From: Mobula hypostoma
Lineage: Eukaryota
Assembly (NCBI RefSeq): GCF_963921235.1
Contig: NC_086097.1
Location: 110,982,001-111,046,000 of the forward strand
Direction: 5' to 3'
DNA: 64,000 bases
Under the pieces are notes generated by a model that searched no databases, was not told where the DNA came from, and worked only from the letters and a program-made list of their open reading frames with translations. Below are positions 1 through 13,100 of the stretch, one piece after another (the first letter of the stretch is position 1; the number at the start of each line of letters is the position of its first letter). The position numbers were made by a program, and so were the translations under genes.

Positions 1-77
1 CTATGTGAAATTGCATTTTCACAGATGAAAATTATTAAATCTAAGTACAGGAGCTGACTTACTGACAGACACCTCAC

Positions 78-508
78 TGGGGTTGCCAACTTTCTCACTC
101 CCAAATAAGGGACAAAAGTAGCAGTCAAATCCTGGGACATTTGTGTTTATCCCGAGAAAGACTACCATGACCATGAAGTCTTGCATGGGCACCTGTGTGT
201 GCATGTGCGTACGTGCCGATTTTTTTTACCCCACGAATCAATTTTGGCTTAATCTTCATTATTTCTACTTTATATAGGCTGTGTATTTATCATCTCATTC
301 CTGCTTTTACTATATGTTAGTGTTATTTTAGGTTTTATGTGTTATTTGGTATGATTTGGTAGGTTTTTTTTGGGTCTGGGAATGCCACAATTTTTTCCAT
401 ATAAATTAATGGTAATTGCTTCTTCAGCATAAAGCATTTCGGCATGAAAGGTTTCATAGGAACACTCCACCTTAGTGGGGGGGGAATACGGGACAGTTGT
501 CAACCCTA
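78..508. mobile_element. hAT-superfamily (Blackjack/Tip100-like) MITE
   Basis: TIRs TGGGGTTGCCAACT / AGTTGTCAACCCTA; 8-bp TSD cacctcac (70-77) / cacctcat (509-516), one mismatch. Confidence 0.8.
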
Positions 509-1554
509 CACCTCATAGACTGTCTCAGACTGGCTGTCTGTAGTTATGAGCCAAATTTCAGGGAACTGGGAGGAAGTATTCAGCCCCAGTCATCACACTG
601 AGTGCAACAGTCAATTTTTATTCATTTATTTTTCGTGTTGAAATAAAATTAAATAATGAAACTTAGAATTAAAGGTGTGAAGTATCGTAATATTCTTAAA
701 GACAGCTATGGCCTGTTTGATATGCTAGTTACAGTATTTTCTTGTTTGAATTAATTTGGAAGTTTCACAAAAGTATTTTGTGTAATTCAAATACAATTCC
801 CCCAAGTAAAAGGCCTCAAATTGGAAGTACTATCTGAGCTGTTTTTTCTCTAAACGATTTAGTAGGTAGATCTTGCCTTTCCCTGAGGTCAAGGTAGGGG
901 ATCTTGGGCTTAAAAAGGTTGGTGACTACTATTGTAGAGAAACATGTTAGCTTCAATGCTGATTATTTGAGTTTACTTTTGATACTACGAGTTTGCTGAT
1001 AAATGGAGGAAGCCCACATTTTCGTGCTTGTTTGGCCTTCTGCAGCTATGCAGATTCTCTGAAACAGCTCTTGTGTAAAATCCTTGGTATTCTTACAAGA
1101 AGCTACAAAAGCCAGTGAAACATACAGGCTGATCCAAAAACCTTCTGTGACAATAGCCACTTGTAGTTGCACCTTGAAAATACCAGACAACCCAATCTGT
1201 CTAGAAATGCACAGGAATCACAAGAACTTACAAGTCATATCAGTGCAATGATGTCAGCAGCAAGAGCAGTTAATTCCTCTCAGCATCAATAATGAAACAT
1301 GCAATATCTACAGTGAGAATTGGATGGAAGTGATTTGAGTGGTTTCGAGAAATTTATGGCAATGCACCAAATTCATTGGTGCCATCAGACTTGATAAGTC
1401 CAAATGTACAGTGCCCAAAATAACATGAAACATATTAGCCTTTTTACTCATCTTCAAATAATCACTTTTGAGAAAGAGAACTGAAGTGGTCTGATTGCAC
1501 AAATTGACAATTATTGGCATTTTGTTACTCTGCTGTTTTCCTTCAAACATGAGA

Positions 1555-1725
1555 TCAGGTACCGTTTGTGTGGAGATGGCATGAACTACGTGGGTTTCCC
1601 CTCACTTCCTGAAGACATAGCAGTTGGTAAATTGGTTAAATAACCATTGTAAATTGTTCCTACTCAAGTGGTAAAATCTGAGAAGAATGAGGAGATTTTT
1701 AAAAAAGGACCAATGTAGGATTAGC
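1555..1725 (+). mobile_element. Degenerate V-SINE fragment
   Basis: cgtgggtttcc...gttggtaaattgg...cattgtaaattgt motifs shared with the SINEs at 37007 and 38912. Confidence 0.45.
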
Positions 1726-1869
1726 TTAAGTGACTGGTTAAAAGCACAAGTCCCCATGTTTATGTTTTATCTGTTTACATAGAACAGCACTTTACAGACC
1801 ACTCTTCCCAAAATGTGCTGACCTTAATCCAATTTATATAAAGATCCTTCTCCAGTGTGTCATCTAGAT

Positions 1870-3065
1870 CAGGGGTCCCCAACCTTTTTTGCAAAACGGA
1901 CCGGTTTGTTATTCGCAATATTCTTGCGGACCTGCCAACCCGGGGGGGGGGGGGGGGGAGGCTTGCCAACGGACAAGAGTAGCAATCAACTACGTTGTGT
2001 TTACCTCAAGAAAGACTACAATGACCATGAAGCCTTGCGCGGGCACCAGTGCGCATGCGTGTACGTGCCAATTTTTTTCTACAAATCGTTTTTGGCGATT
2101 CTGTCGGGTGGGGGGGGGGGTAATCACGACCAGAATATAGGTGATAAGTGACTAATACACTTAATTTCGTTTCTAAAGGGGTTTATCTAACTAATTTAAT
2201 ATTAAACACACAGCGCATATTTTCCTCGTATGAATATAGTGATAAGTCAATTATCAGGGGAGGACAGGGGAGCTTGAAGTAAGTGTTGAATGAACTTCCA
2301 GTAGAAGTGGTAGAGGCCGGTTCGATATTAATCATTTAAAGAAAAACTGGATAGGTATATGGACAGGAAAGGAATGGAGGGTTCTGGGCTGAGTGCAGGT
2401 CGGTGGGACTAGGTGAGAGTCGCGTTCGGCATGGACTAGAAGGGCCGAGATCGCCTGTTTCCGTGCTGTAATTGTTATATGGTTATACAAGTCACTTATA
2501 AGTCAATAGCATCATAACATTTTAAGTAACATTTGGATATTAAACACACAGCACATATTTTCCCCGCATGAACATGTAAAATCATTGCAACACACCAATA
2601 TCGCTGAATCAGTGGGAGCCCTGGGCTTGTTTTCCTGCAACAAGACAGTCCGATCGAGGGGTGATGGGAGACAGTGATACTCGAAGGGGGTTCCTTATGT
2701 CCAGTCTATTCCGCAACTTAGTTTTCGTTGCATTCATTGCAGAGATATGTTGGAAATGGAAGCAACGTTTTCAGTGCTTTCCTGGCTAACTCAGGATATT
2801 CAGCCTTGACTTTGATTCAGAATGGTGGCAGAGATGTTATGTCAAGCATACTTTTCAGCCCGCCATCATTTGCAAGCACGAGGAGTTGATCTCCTTCCCG
2901 CGCTGACACGGATGAGGCGTGCGTAATGACCTCGCGTTTGTTCAAGTTCAACAGTGGGCGTGACAGGGAATGAGGAAAGGTGCAGCTGACTCATATCGCC
3001 AAATCATATCGTTTCCTCGCGGCCAGTTAGCACATGCTTTGCAGCCTGGTTGTTAGGGACCGCTG
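1870..3065 (-). mobile_element. Non-autonomous hAT-Charlie element with C-terminal transposase remnant (2609-~2915) and an internal CR1 3' fragment (~2281-2487)
   Basis: TIR CAGGGGTCCCCAAC / GTTAGGGACCGCTG; perfect 8-bp TSD atctagat (1862-1869, 3066-3073); minus translation EYPELARKALKTLLPFPTYLC...TKTKLRNRLDIRNPLRVSLSPITPR...LVAGKQAQGSH* fits the hATC dimerisation region. Confidence 0.88.
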
Positions 3066-4165
3066 ATCTAGATCCCTCATTCCCTTCATATTCATGTATT
3101 TATCTAAAAGTCTGTTAAACTCCACCAACATTACTGTTTTCACTACCACTACTACCCACAACCCCACTCCAGTGAACAATTTCGGGTTCCTACACTCTCT
3201 CCATGAAAATAATTGCCCTCGTGTTACATTTAAGCTTTCCTCCTCATAACTTGAAAGCACATCCTCTGGTTTTGAAACATTATGATATCTGAATCCTCAA
3301 GTAGCATCCTTGTCACTGTAATCTAATCTGTACATCTGGATTATAAATCCAGTAAAATAACAATCACTCCACCAATATAAGTGTTAAAACAGCCTCACAA
3401 AAATAAATGGGAGGGCATATAACAGCTCTGTGACTGGATAGGGATGTTGAAAATTGGCACTGTTGTTATGTGAATGAAATTGCCAGAGAGAATTACTGGT
3501 AGATACAAAGCAGCTTCTTTATTTGACAAAACAAGGTACAACAGACATTATATGGAGACGCTTTCAGTGAAAAGGTCTGTTGGCCCAACATGCGGCTCGA
3601 TATTTATTTGCTAAACAAAAAGGACAATTCCATATTTACAAAGTATATACAATGCTTTCTTTTGAAACTACATACAAAATTCACACCTTCTGAATCCACA
3701 ATACATTATCAAGGAACAGAAGACTAGTAGCCAAAATCATTTGCTAAATGTAAATGACCTAAACCCAAAAATCAGTCTAACAGTCCCTCCTCTTGGCCCT
3801 CCTGAACAAAATAAATTTGTACCAGGAAAGGCCAACCTAGGAGGATCTACTCAATTAGGACAGCAAAAATGCCCTGTCTCAAAATTCCCCAATTTTATGT
3901 ACCTCAATATCTACCCTAGTATTCCCTAATCGCTAAGTACCAAATGCTAAAGCAGAGAGGTTACTCCAAAAATTTAAACAAGTCTTTAGAAATGCGGCTT
4001 TTTTCCCTTGCCTGTTGGCTCTTCCCCTGCAGGCCAATTGCAGCTTAATCACATTCCTCGTCTTCACTCCCTCATTCTCTGGTCGCTAAAACACTCTTTC
4101 CAGGGGCACCAGCAAGGTAAATGCATGAGGCCCACAGGCCCTCTCATCGATGTACAGGAAGGGGT

Positions 4166-5338
4166 TAGAAACATAGAAACATAGAAAATAGGTGTAGGTC
4201 ATTTGGCCCTTCCAGCCTGCACCGCCATTCAGTATGATCATGGCTGATCATCCAACTCAGAACCCTGTACCAGCCTTCCCTCCATACCCCCTGATCCCTT
4301 TAGCCACAAGTGCCATATCTAACTCCCTCTTAAATATAGCCAATGAACTGGCCTCAACTGTTTCCTGTGGCAGAGAATTCCACAGATTCACCACTCTCTG
4401 TGTCAAGAAGTTTTTCCTAATCTTGGTCCTAAAAGGCTTCCCCTTTATACTCAAACTGTGACCCCTTGTTCTGGACTTCCCCAACATCGGGAACAATCTT
4501 CCTGCATCTAGCCTGTCCACTCCCTTTAGGATTTTATACGTTTCAATAAGATCCCCCCTCAATCTTCTAAATTCCAACGAGTATAAGCCTAGTCGATCCA
4601 GTCTTTCATCATATGAAAGTCCTGCCATCCCAGGAATCAATCTGGTGAACCTTCTTTGTACTCCCTCTATGGCAAGGATGTCTTTCCTCAGATTAGGGGA
4701 CCAAAACTGCACCCAATACTCCAGGTGTGGTCTCACCAAGGCCTTGTACAACTGCAGTAGTACCTCCTCGCTCCTGTACTCAAATCCTCTTGCTATGTAG
4801 CCAGCATACCATTCGCCTTTTTCACCATCTGCTGTACCTGCATGCCCACTTTCAATGACTGGTGTATAATGACACCCAGGTCTCATTGCACCTCCCCTTT
4901 TCCTAATCGGCCACCATTCAAATAATAATGTTTTCCTGTTTTTGCCACCAAAGTGGATAACCTCACATTTATCCACATTAAACTGCATCCTCCATGAATT
5001 TGTCCACTCACCTAACCTATCTAAGTCACCCTGCATCCTCTTAGCAACCTCCTCACAGCTAACACTGCCACCCAGCTTCGTGTCATCTGCAAACTTGGAG
5101 ATGCTGCATTTAATTCCCTCATCTAAGTCATTAATATATATTGTAAACAACTGGGGTCCCAGCACTGAGCCTTGCGGTACCCCACTAGTCACTACCTGCC
5201 ATTCTGAAAAGGTCCCGTTTATTCCCACTCTTTGCTTCCTGTCTGCCAACCAATTCTCTATCCACATCAATACCTTACCCCCAATACCGTGTGCTTTAAG
5301 TTTGCACACTAATCTCCTATGTGGGACCTTGTCAAAAG
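4166..5338 (-). mobile_element. 5'-truncated CR1 LINE (RT C-half), same subfamily as 14994-19210, inserted in the ERV
   Basis: ORF 4257-5309 has GVPQGSVLGP and KFADDTKL; (TTTCTATG)n 3' tail at 4166-4190. Confidence 0.93.
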
Positions 5339-6460
5339 GTTGGGGTGGTTTCTATGTAAATGACTACGAAGACCTCTCCCCGGTTGGCACCCCCTTCCGA
5401 ACTGACGAGTTGATCACTGGCCCGACTGCTGAAAGGGCCCAGTTCATTTGGGTTTACTCCTCATTCAGACTGGGGGTAAGTGCTTCCAGATGCTGTGTGC
5501 AGTCTGAAATGTCATAAAAGTTGTGGAACTTGCTGTCTCTAATTTGACTTAAAAATCCCTCCCCATCTATTTTCCAACATCTTTTCTATTCTATGCTATT
5601 AAACTAATCATCTACCTTCAGCAACCAGTCTTCATTACAAAGTACATCATCACAATTTAGCACACTATTCACGGTTTTCCATCACGCTCTCTGCGTCTTC
5701 TGCCACACTCTCCGGGTCTTCTGCCTTTGCGTTTCCTCCGGGTATGTTTTCATCAGCTGTGGTCAGATCTGGTATGGCCGGCTGATATTACATGGTGGGG
5801 CCACCGTGTCTCTTTCCTCCCCATGTGCTCAGCTCCCATCTGGTCCCTCCTTTGTTCCCTTTCTCCACCACCTCTCCTTCTCTTTTGCCTCCAACTTTTC
5901 ATATAATTTTTCTAAACTGACTTCCGTCGTTTCTTCCTGCGCACTTGCAATTTCAATTGCCTCTTGTTCCTCTTTTGTTCCTTCACTCTACCCTGGACAG
6001 CTGTCAGTGCGTCAGTTTTTATAGGGTGCTGCTTGTGGGGTTTATGCAGGTCCCCATCTATTTTAACTCGGTTTATCTTTACTTGACCACAATCTTGTTT
6101 GTGCCTAGCCCACACAGCTGGGAACTGCTGACAAAGCAACCCATAGACACCATCCTGGCTCCAGTCTCTGGTGATCGGGCAGCTGCGACCATGTTAGCCA
6201 GATTGTGTATTCTGTTGGTTGCACGCGTTCGCTGCCCCTGACTTGTCCATATTATTTCTCCCTTTCCAGAATCTATAACAGCTCCTGCTTCCTTTAGGAT
6301 GTCTATTCCAAGGACAGTGCCCTCATTATTTGGACATACCCAGAAATACACTGGAAGCTGCTCTCCCCCAATTTTCAGTATTTGCAACTCGCTTCTTTCT
6401 GCTTTCAGTGTTTTCCCCCTATACCCTTAATATCGGTGATTTAATTCACACAACAACATT

Positions 6461-6478
6461 TGGTGTCAGGAGTGGGAT
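6461..6478 (+). promoter_or_regulatory. Primer binding site complementary to tRNA-Leu(CAG) 3' end, on an inverted segment
   Basis: TGGTGTCAGGAGTGGGAT lies 2 nt after ...attcacacaacaaca, a copy of the LTR end (reverse complement of 3461-3480). Confidence 0.8.
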
Positions 6479-7142
6479 TCAGAGCTTTTAGTAATCCATT
6501 GTTCCAAATTAAATCCACAATACGTTATCAAGGAACAGAAGACTGGTAGCCAAATGTAAATGACCTAAACCCGCAAATCACTGTAACAGTACATTATGTT
6601 CAATGTGGTTAAATGTGAGGTTCTGCACTTCAAGAGGAATCTAAAGACAGCCTTATGTAAATGTAGAAAGACTCCAGAAGAACAAATGACAAGTGATAAG
6701 ACCATAAGATATTGGCGCAGAATTTAGCCATTTGGCCCATCGAATCTGCTCCGCCATTCCATTATGGCTGATTTAATATCCTTCTCAACTCCATTCTCCT
6801 GCCTTCTCTGTAACATTCTGATTAATCAAGAACCTACCAACCTCTGGCTTAATTATACTCAATGATTTGACCTCCACAGTCATCTGTAGCAATGAATTCC
6901 ACAGATTCACCACTCTCTGGCTAAAGAAATTCTTCATCTCTTTTCTAGATGGAAGTCCCTCAAGTCTGAGGGTGTGCTCTCTGGTCCTAGACTCCCCCTC
7001 CATAGGAAACATCCTTCCCACATCCACTTTATCTAGACCTTTAAATATTCAATAGGCTGCAATGAGATCCGCCTTCATTCTTCTAAACTCCAGTGAGTAC
7101 AGGCCCAGAGACATCAAATGTCATTATGTTAGCCATTTCATT

Positions 7143-10100
7143 ATAACCATATAACAATTACAGCACGGAAACAGGCCATCTCGGCCCTTCTAGTCCGTGC
7201 TGAACGCTTACGCTCACCTAGTCCCACCGACCTGCACTCAGCCCATAACCCTCCATTCCCTTCCTGTCCATAAAGCTATCCAATTTAACTTTAAATGACA
7301 ATATCGAACCTGCCTCTACCACTTCTACTGGAAGTTCGTTCCACACAGTTACCGCTCTCTGAGTAAAGAAGTTCCCCCTCGTGTTACCCCTAAACTTTTG
7401 CCCCCTAACTCTCAACTCATGTCCTCTTGTCTGAATCTCCCCCACTCTCAATAGAAAAAGCCTATACACGTCAACTTTATCTATCCCCCTCATAATTTTA
7501 AATACCTCTATCAAGTCCCCCCTCAACCTTACCATTTACCATGTAAGTCCTATTTTGATTAGTCCTACCAAAATGTAGCACCTCACATTTATCAGCATTA
7601 AACTCCATCTGCTATCTTTCAGCCCACTCTTCTAACAGGCTTAAATCTTTCTGCAAGCTTTGAAAACCTACTTCATTATCCACAACGCCACCTATCTTAG
7701 TATCATCTGCATACTTACTAATCCAATTTACCACCCCATCGTCCAGATCATTAATGTATATGACAAACAACACTGGATCCAGTACAGATCCCCGAAGCAC
7801 ACCACCAGTCAGGCCTCCAACCTGACCAGCAGTTATCCACCACTACTCTCTGGCGTCTCCCATCCAGCCACTGTTGAATCTATTTTACTACTTCAATATT
7901 AATACCTAACAATTGAATCTTCCTAACTAACCTTCTGTATGAAACCTTATCAAAGGCCACTTTACCCTCGTCAACTTTCCTAGTAACCTCTTCAAAAAAT
8001 TCAATAAGATTTGTCAAACATAACCTTTCACGCACAAATCCATGTTGACTGTTCCTAATCAGACCCTGTCTATCCAGATAATTATATATACCATCTCTAA
8101 GAATACTTTCCATTAACTTACCCACCACTGACATCAAACTTACAGGCTGATAATTGCTAGGTTTACTCTTAGAACCCTTTTAAACAATAGAACAACATCA
8201 GCATTACGCCAATCCTCCGGCACCATCCCCATTTCTAATGACATTTGAAATATTTCTGTCAGAGCCCCTGCTATTTCTACACTAACTTCCCTCAAGGTCC
8301 TAGGGAATATCCTGTCAGGACCCGGAAAAATCCACTTTTATATTCCTTAAAAGCGCCAGTACTTCCTTCTCTTTAATCATCATAGTTTCCATAACTTCAC
8401 TACCTGTTTCCCTTACCTTACACAATTCAATATCCTTCTCTTTAGTGAATACCAAAGAAAAGAAATTGTTCAAAATCTCCCCCATCTCTTTTGGCTCCAC
8501 ACATAGCTGTCCACTCTGATTCTCTAAGGGACCAATTTTATCCCTCACTATCCTTTTGCTATTAATATAGCTGTAGAAACCCTTCGGATCCATTTTCACC
8601 TTACTTGCCAAAGCAACCTCACATCTTCTTTCAGCTTTCCTAATTTCTTTCTTAAGATTCTTTTTACATTCTTTGTATTCCTCGAGCACCTCATTTACTC
8701 CATGCTGCCTATATTTATTGTAGATATCTCTCTTTTTCCAAACCAAGTTTCCAATATCCCTTGAAAACCATGGATCTCTCAAACTTTTAACCTTTCCTTT
8801 CAACCTAACAGGAACATAAAGATTCTGTACCCTCAAAATTTCACCTTTAAATGACCTCCATTTCTCTATTACATCCTTCCCACAAAACAATTTGTCTCAA
8901 TCCACTCCTTCTAAATCCTTTCTCATTTCCTCAAAGTTAGCCTTTCTCCAATCAAAACTATCCTGCACACATTTTACAAACTCCAAACCATCCAGTCCTT
9001 TTACAGTATGGGCTTCCCAGTCCATGTGTGGAAAATTAAAATCTCCCACAATCACAACCTTGTGCTTACTACAAATATCTGCTATCTCCTTACAAATTTG
9101 CTCCTCCAATTCTTGTTCCCCATTTGGTGGTCTATAATACACCCCTGTAAGTATTACTACACCTTTCCCATTCCTCAAGTCCACCTAAATAGCCTCCACA
9201 GACGAGCCTTCTAATCTATCCTGCCAGAGCACCGCTGTAGTATTTTCTCTGACAAGCAATGCAACACCTCTCCCTTTTGTCCCTCCAATTCTATCACACC
9301 TGAAGCAACGAAATCCAGGAATATTTAGTTGCCAATCACACCCCTCCTGCAACCATGTTTCACTAATAGCTACAACATCATACTTCCAGGTATCAATCCA
9401 TGCTCTAAGCTCATCCTCCTTTCTTACAATGCTCCTCGCATTAAAATAAATATATTTAAGAAATTTTCCACCTCTTACTCTCTGTTTATCACTAACAGTG
9501 CAAACAACGTTACTATCTTTTTTTTCTTCCTTCTCCCCTACATCTGTTCCTATACTCTGGGTTCCCCTCTCCCCTTGTATCTAGTTTAAATCCACTGGAG
9601 CTTCTCTAGCAAACCTACCTGCAAAAATATTTGTCCCCCTTCAGTTCAGATGTAAACCATCCCGCCGGAACAGGTCCCACCTTCCCTGGAAAACTGCCCA
9701 ATTATTTATAAATCTAAAGCCCTCCCTCCTGCACCATGTCTTCAGCCACGTGTTGATCTGCGCTATCTTACTATTTCTAAACCCGCCTGCACGTGGCACT
9801 GGTCGCAATCCTGAGATTGCTATCCTGGAGGTCCTGTCCTTTAACTTGGTGCCTAACTCTCTGAACTCACCTTTCAGGACCTCCCCTTTCAGGACCTCCT
9901 CACTCTTCCTACCCACGTCACTGGTCCCTAAATGGACCACAACATCTGGCTGCTCACCCTCCCTCTTGAGAATACTGAGAACTCAATCCGAGATAGTAGT
10001 AGTAGTCATAGTCATACTTTATTAATCCCGGGGGGAAATTGGTTTTCGTTACAGTTGCTCCATAAATAATAAATAGTAATAGAACCATAAATAGTTAAAT

Positions 10101-13100
10101 AGTAATATGTAAATTATGCCAGTAAATTATGAAATAAGGATGTCTGACCCTCTAAGGGAAGAGTTGTAAAGTTTGATGGCCGCAGGCAGGAATGACCTCC
10201 TATGACGCTCTGTGCTGCATCTCGGTGGAATGAGTCTCTGGCTGAATGTACTCCTGTGCCCACCCAGTACATTATGTAGTGGATGGGAGACATTGACCAA
10301 GATGGCATGCAACTTAGACAGCATCCTCTTTTCAGACACCACCGTGAGAGAGTCCAGTTCCATCCCCACAACATCACTGGCCTTACGAATGAGTTTGTTG
10401 ATTCTGTTGGTGTCTGCCACCCTCAGCCTGCTGCCCCAGCATACAATAGCAAACATGATAGCACTGGCCACCACAGACTCGTAGAACATCCTCAGCATCG
10501 TCCGGCAGATGTTAAAGGATCTCAGTCTCCTCAGGAAATAGAGATGGCTCTGACCCTTCTTGTAGACAGCCTCAGTGTTCTTGGACCAGTCCAGTTTATT
10601 GTCAATTCGTATCCTCAGGTATTTGTAATCCTCCACCATGTCCACACTGACTCCCTGGATGGAAACAGGGTTCACTGGTACCTTAGCTCTCCTCGGGTCC
10701 ACCACCAGCTCCTTAGTCTTTTTCACATTAAGCTGCAGATAATTCTGCTCACACCATGTGACAAAGTTTCCTACTGTAGCCCTGTACTCAGCCTCATCTC
10801 CCTTGCTGATGCATCCAACTATGGCAGAGTCATCCGAAAATTTCTGAAGATGACAAGACTCTGTGCAGTAGTTGAAGTCCGAGGTGTAAATGGTGAAGAG
10901 AAAGGAGACAAGACAGTCCTCTGTGGAGCCCCAGTGCTGCTGATCACTCTGTCGGACACACAGTGTTGCAAGCACACGTACTGTGGTCTGCCAGTCAGGT
11001 AATCAAGAATCCATGATACCAGGGAAGCATCCACCTGCATCTCTGTCAGCTTCTCCCCCAGCAGAGCAGGGCGGATGGTGTTGAACGCACTGGAGAAGTC
11101 AAAAAACATGACCCTCACAGTGCTCGCTGGCTTGTCCAGGTGGGTGTAGACACGGTTCAGCAGGAAGGCGATGGCATCCTCAACTCCTAGTCGGGACTGG
11201 TAGGCGAACTGGAGGGGATCTAAGTGTGGCCTGACCATAGGCCAGAGCAGTTCCAGAACAACTCTCTCCAGGGTCTTCATGATGTGGGAGGTCAAAACCA
11301 CCGGTCTGTAGTCATTGAGGCTACTGGGGCACGGTGTCTTCGGCACAGGGACGAGGCAGGACGTCTTCCACAATACAGGAACTCTCTGGAGCCTCAGGCT
11401 CAGGTTGAATACATGGTGAAGTACTCCACATAGCTGAGGGGCACAGGCTTTGAGCACCCTGGTACTGACACCATCCGGTCCTGCAGCCTTGCTTGGGTTG
11501 AGACGTTTCAGCTCTCTCCTCACCTGTAGAGCTGTGAAGCCCACCGTTGTGGTTTCGTGTGTGGAAGGGGTATAGTCATGAGAGCAGGGTGGGGGACTGT
11601 GAGGAGGAGTAGGAGGGGAGAGTGAAATATGTGTTGGTTGGGGGCTGACAACAGATGGTTCATGTGTGGGATGGGCAGGGGCCACACTGTCAAATCTGTT
11701 AAAGAACAGGTTAAGTTCATTGGCCCTGCCTTCCACTCCTCTGTTGCTAGCTTGCCGGAACCCAGTGATGGTCCTCATCCCCCTCCAGACCTCTCTCATG
11801 TTGTTCTGCTGGAGTTTCCACTCAAGCTTCCTCCTGTACCTGTCTTTAGCCTCCCTGATCCTGGCTTTCAGGTCACTCTGTATTGCCCTCAGCTCCTCCC
11901 TATTTCCATCTCTAAACGCCCTCTTTTTAGCATTCAGGAAGAGCTTAATGTCCTTTGTCACCCATGGCTTGTTATTTGAATAACAAAGGACAGTTCTTGT
12001 CGGAACATTGCAGTCCACACAGAAGTTGATGTAATCAGTGATGCACTCTGTGAGCCCATCAATATCCTCTCCATGTGGCTCACAGAGTGCCTGCCAGTCT
12101 GTCACCTCAAAACAACCCTGGAGCGCCTCATAAGCCTCCTCCGACCATTTTCTCACTGTCCTCGAGGTTGCAGGTTTACTCTTCACCACAGGCATGTAGC
12201 AGGGTTTTAGATGCACCAGGTTGTGATCTGACCTTCCTAGTGGGGGGAGGGGACCGGAGCTGTATGCATCCTTAATGTTAGCGCACATCAAATCCGGAGT
12301 CCTCTCCCCTCTGGTTGTACAGCTCACATACTGCGTGAAGTTGGGCAGTGTTCTAGCCATGGTAACTTGGTTGAAGTCACCCGAGATGGTAATGAGGGCA
12401 CTCGGGTGCTGGGTTTGTAGTCTGGCTATGACGGTGTAAATGATGTTACACGCCGACGTCGGGTTGGCAGAGGGAGGGATGTACACAACAACCACAATTA
12501 CGTGCAAGATTTCTCTTGGCAAATAATATGGCCGGAGTACAACAGCAAAAAGTTCAATATCCAGGCTACAGACCCATTCCTTGATCGTAATATGCCCAGG
12601 ATCCAGGATTGCACCATCTGTTATTTACCAGAACCGTCAGCCCCGCTCCTTTACGCTTACCGCTCTCAGTGCAATTCCGGTCAACTCGAACTGTCTGGAA
12701 GCCCTCCATGGAAACGCTTTGATCGGGTATGTCCTCGTGCAGCCACATCTCTGTGAAGAACATGACACTGCTCTCCCGAAATGTTCTCTGACTCCTGACA
12801 AGCGCAGTCAGTTAGTCCATTTTATTCCCCAGCGATCTCATATTTCCCATGATAAGAGAGGGGAGACACGGCTTATCACTTCTCTTCTCCAAAAGCCTCT
12901 GTTGTCTCGACCCGGTCCTCTTCCCTCACCTTTTTGATTCCCTTCTGCATCCTCTGTGTGTTTTCCTCCAGATTTCAGCCGGTATGTCCGCTGTTCTGTT
13001 CGCTAAACCGGCGGGCATGAGCGTCATCAATTGCTCCCAATACACAATGTGGCCATCCTGCTGCCACGCTAACGAGATGTGTCCAAATGTAACTAATTCC

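Larger units (their letters stand above)
3461..6588 (-). mobile_element. Deleted and rearranged endogenous retrovirus / LTR element
   Basis: 3' LTR 3782-3461 (TG...CA, AATAAA at 3523-3518); PPT AAGAGGAGGGA just upstream; 5' LTR remnant 6588-6512 similar to 3782-3693; 4-bp TSD gcac/gtac; protease-like (VLGIDIL) and RT N-terminus-like (VWARHKQDCG...KQHPIK) remnants at 6430-5990. Confidence 0.8.

Noticed and set aside
830..932. Possible hAT terminus (aaaaaggttggtgactact)
   Set aside because: No partner TIR or TSD found.
963..1550. Short ORFs in unique sequence as a possible next GOLGA4 exon
   Set aside because: No coiled-coil character or similarity to the expected downstream GOLGA4 peptide; no convincing splice sites. 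The next exon probably lies left of the window.
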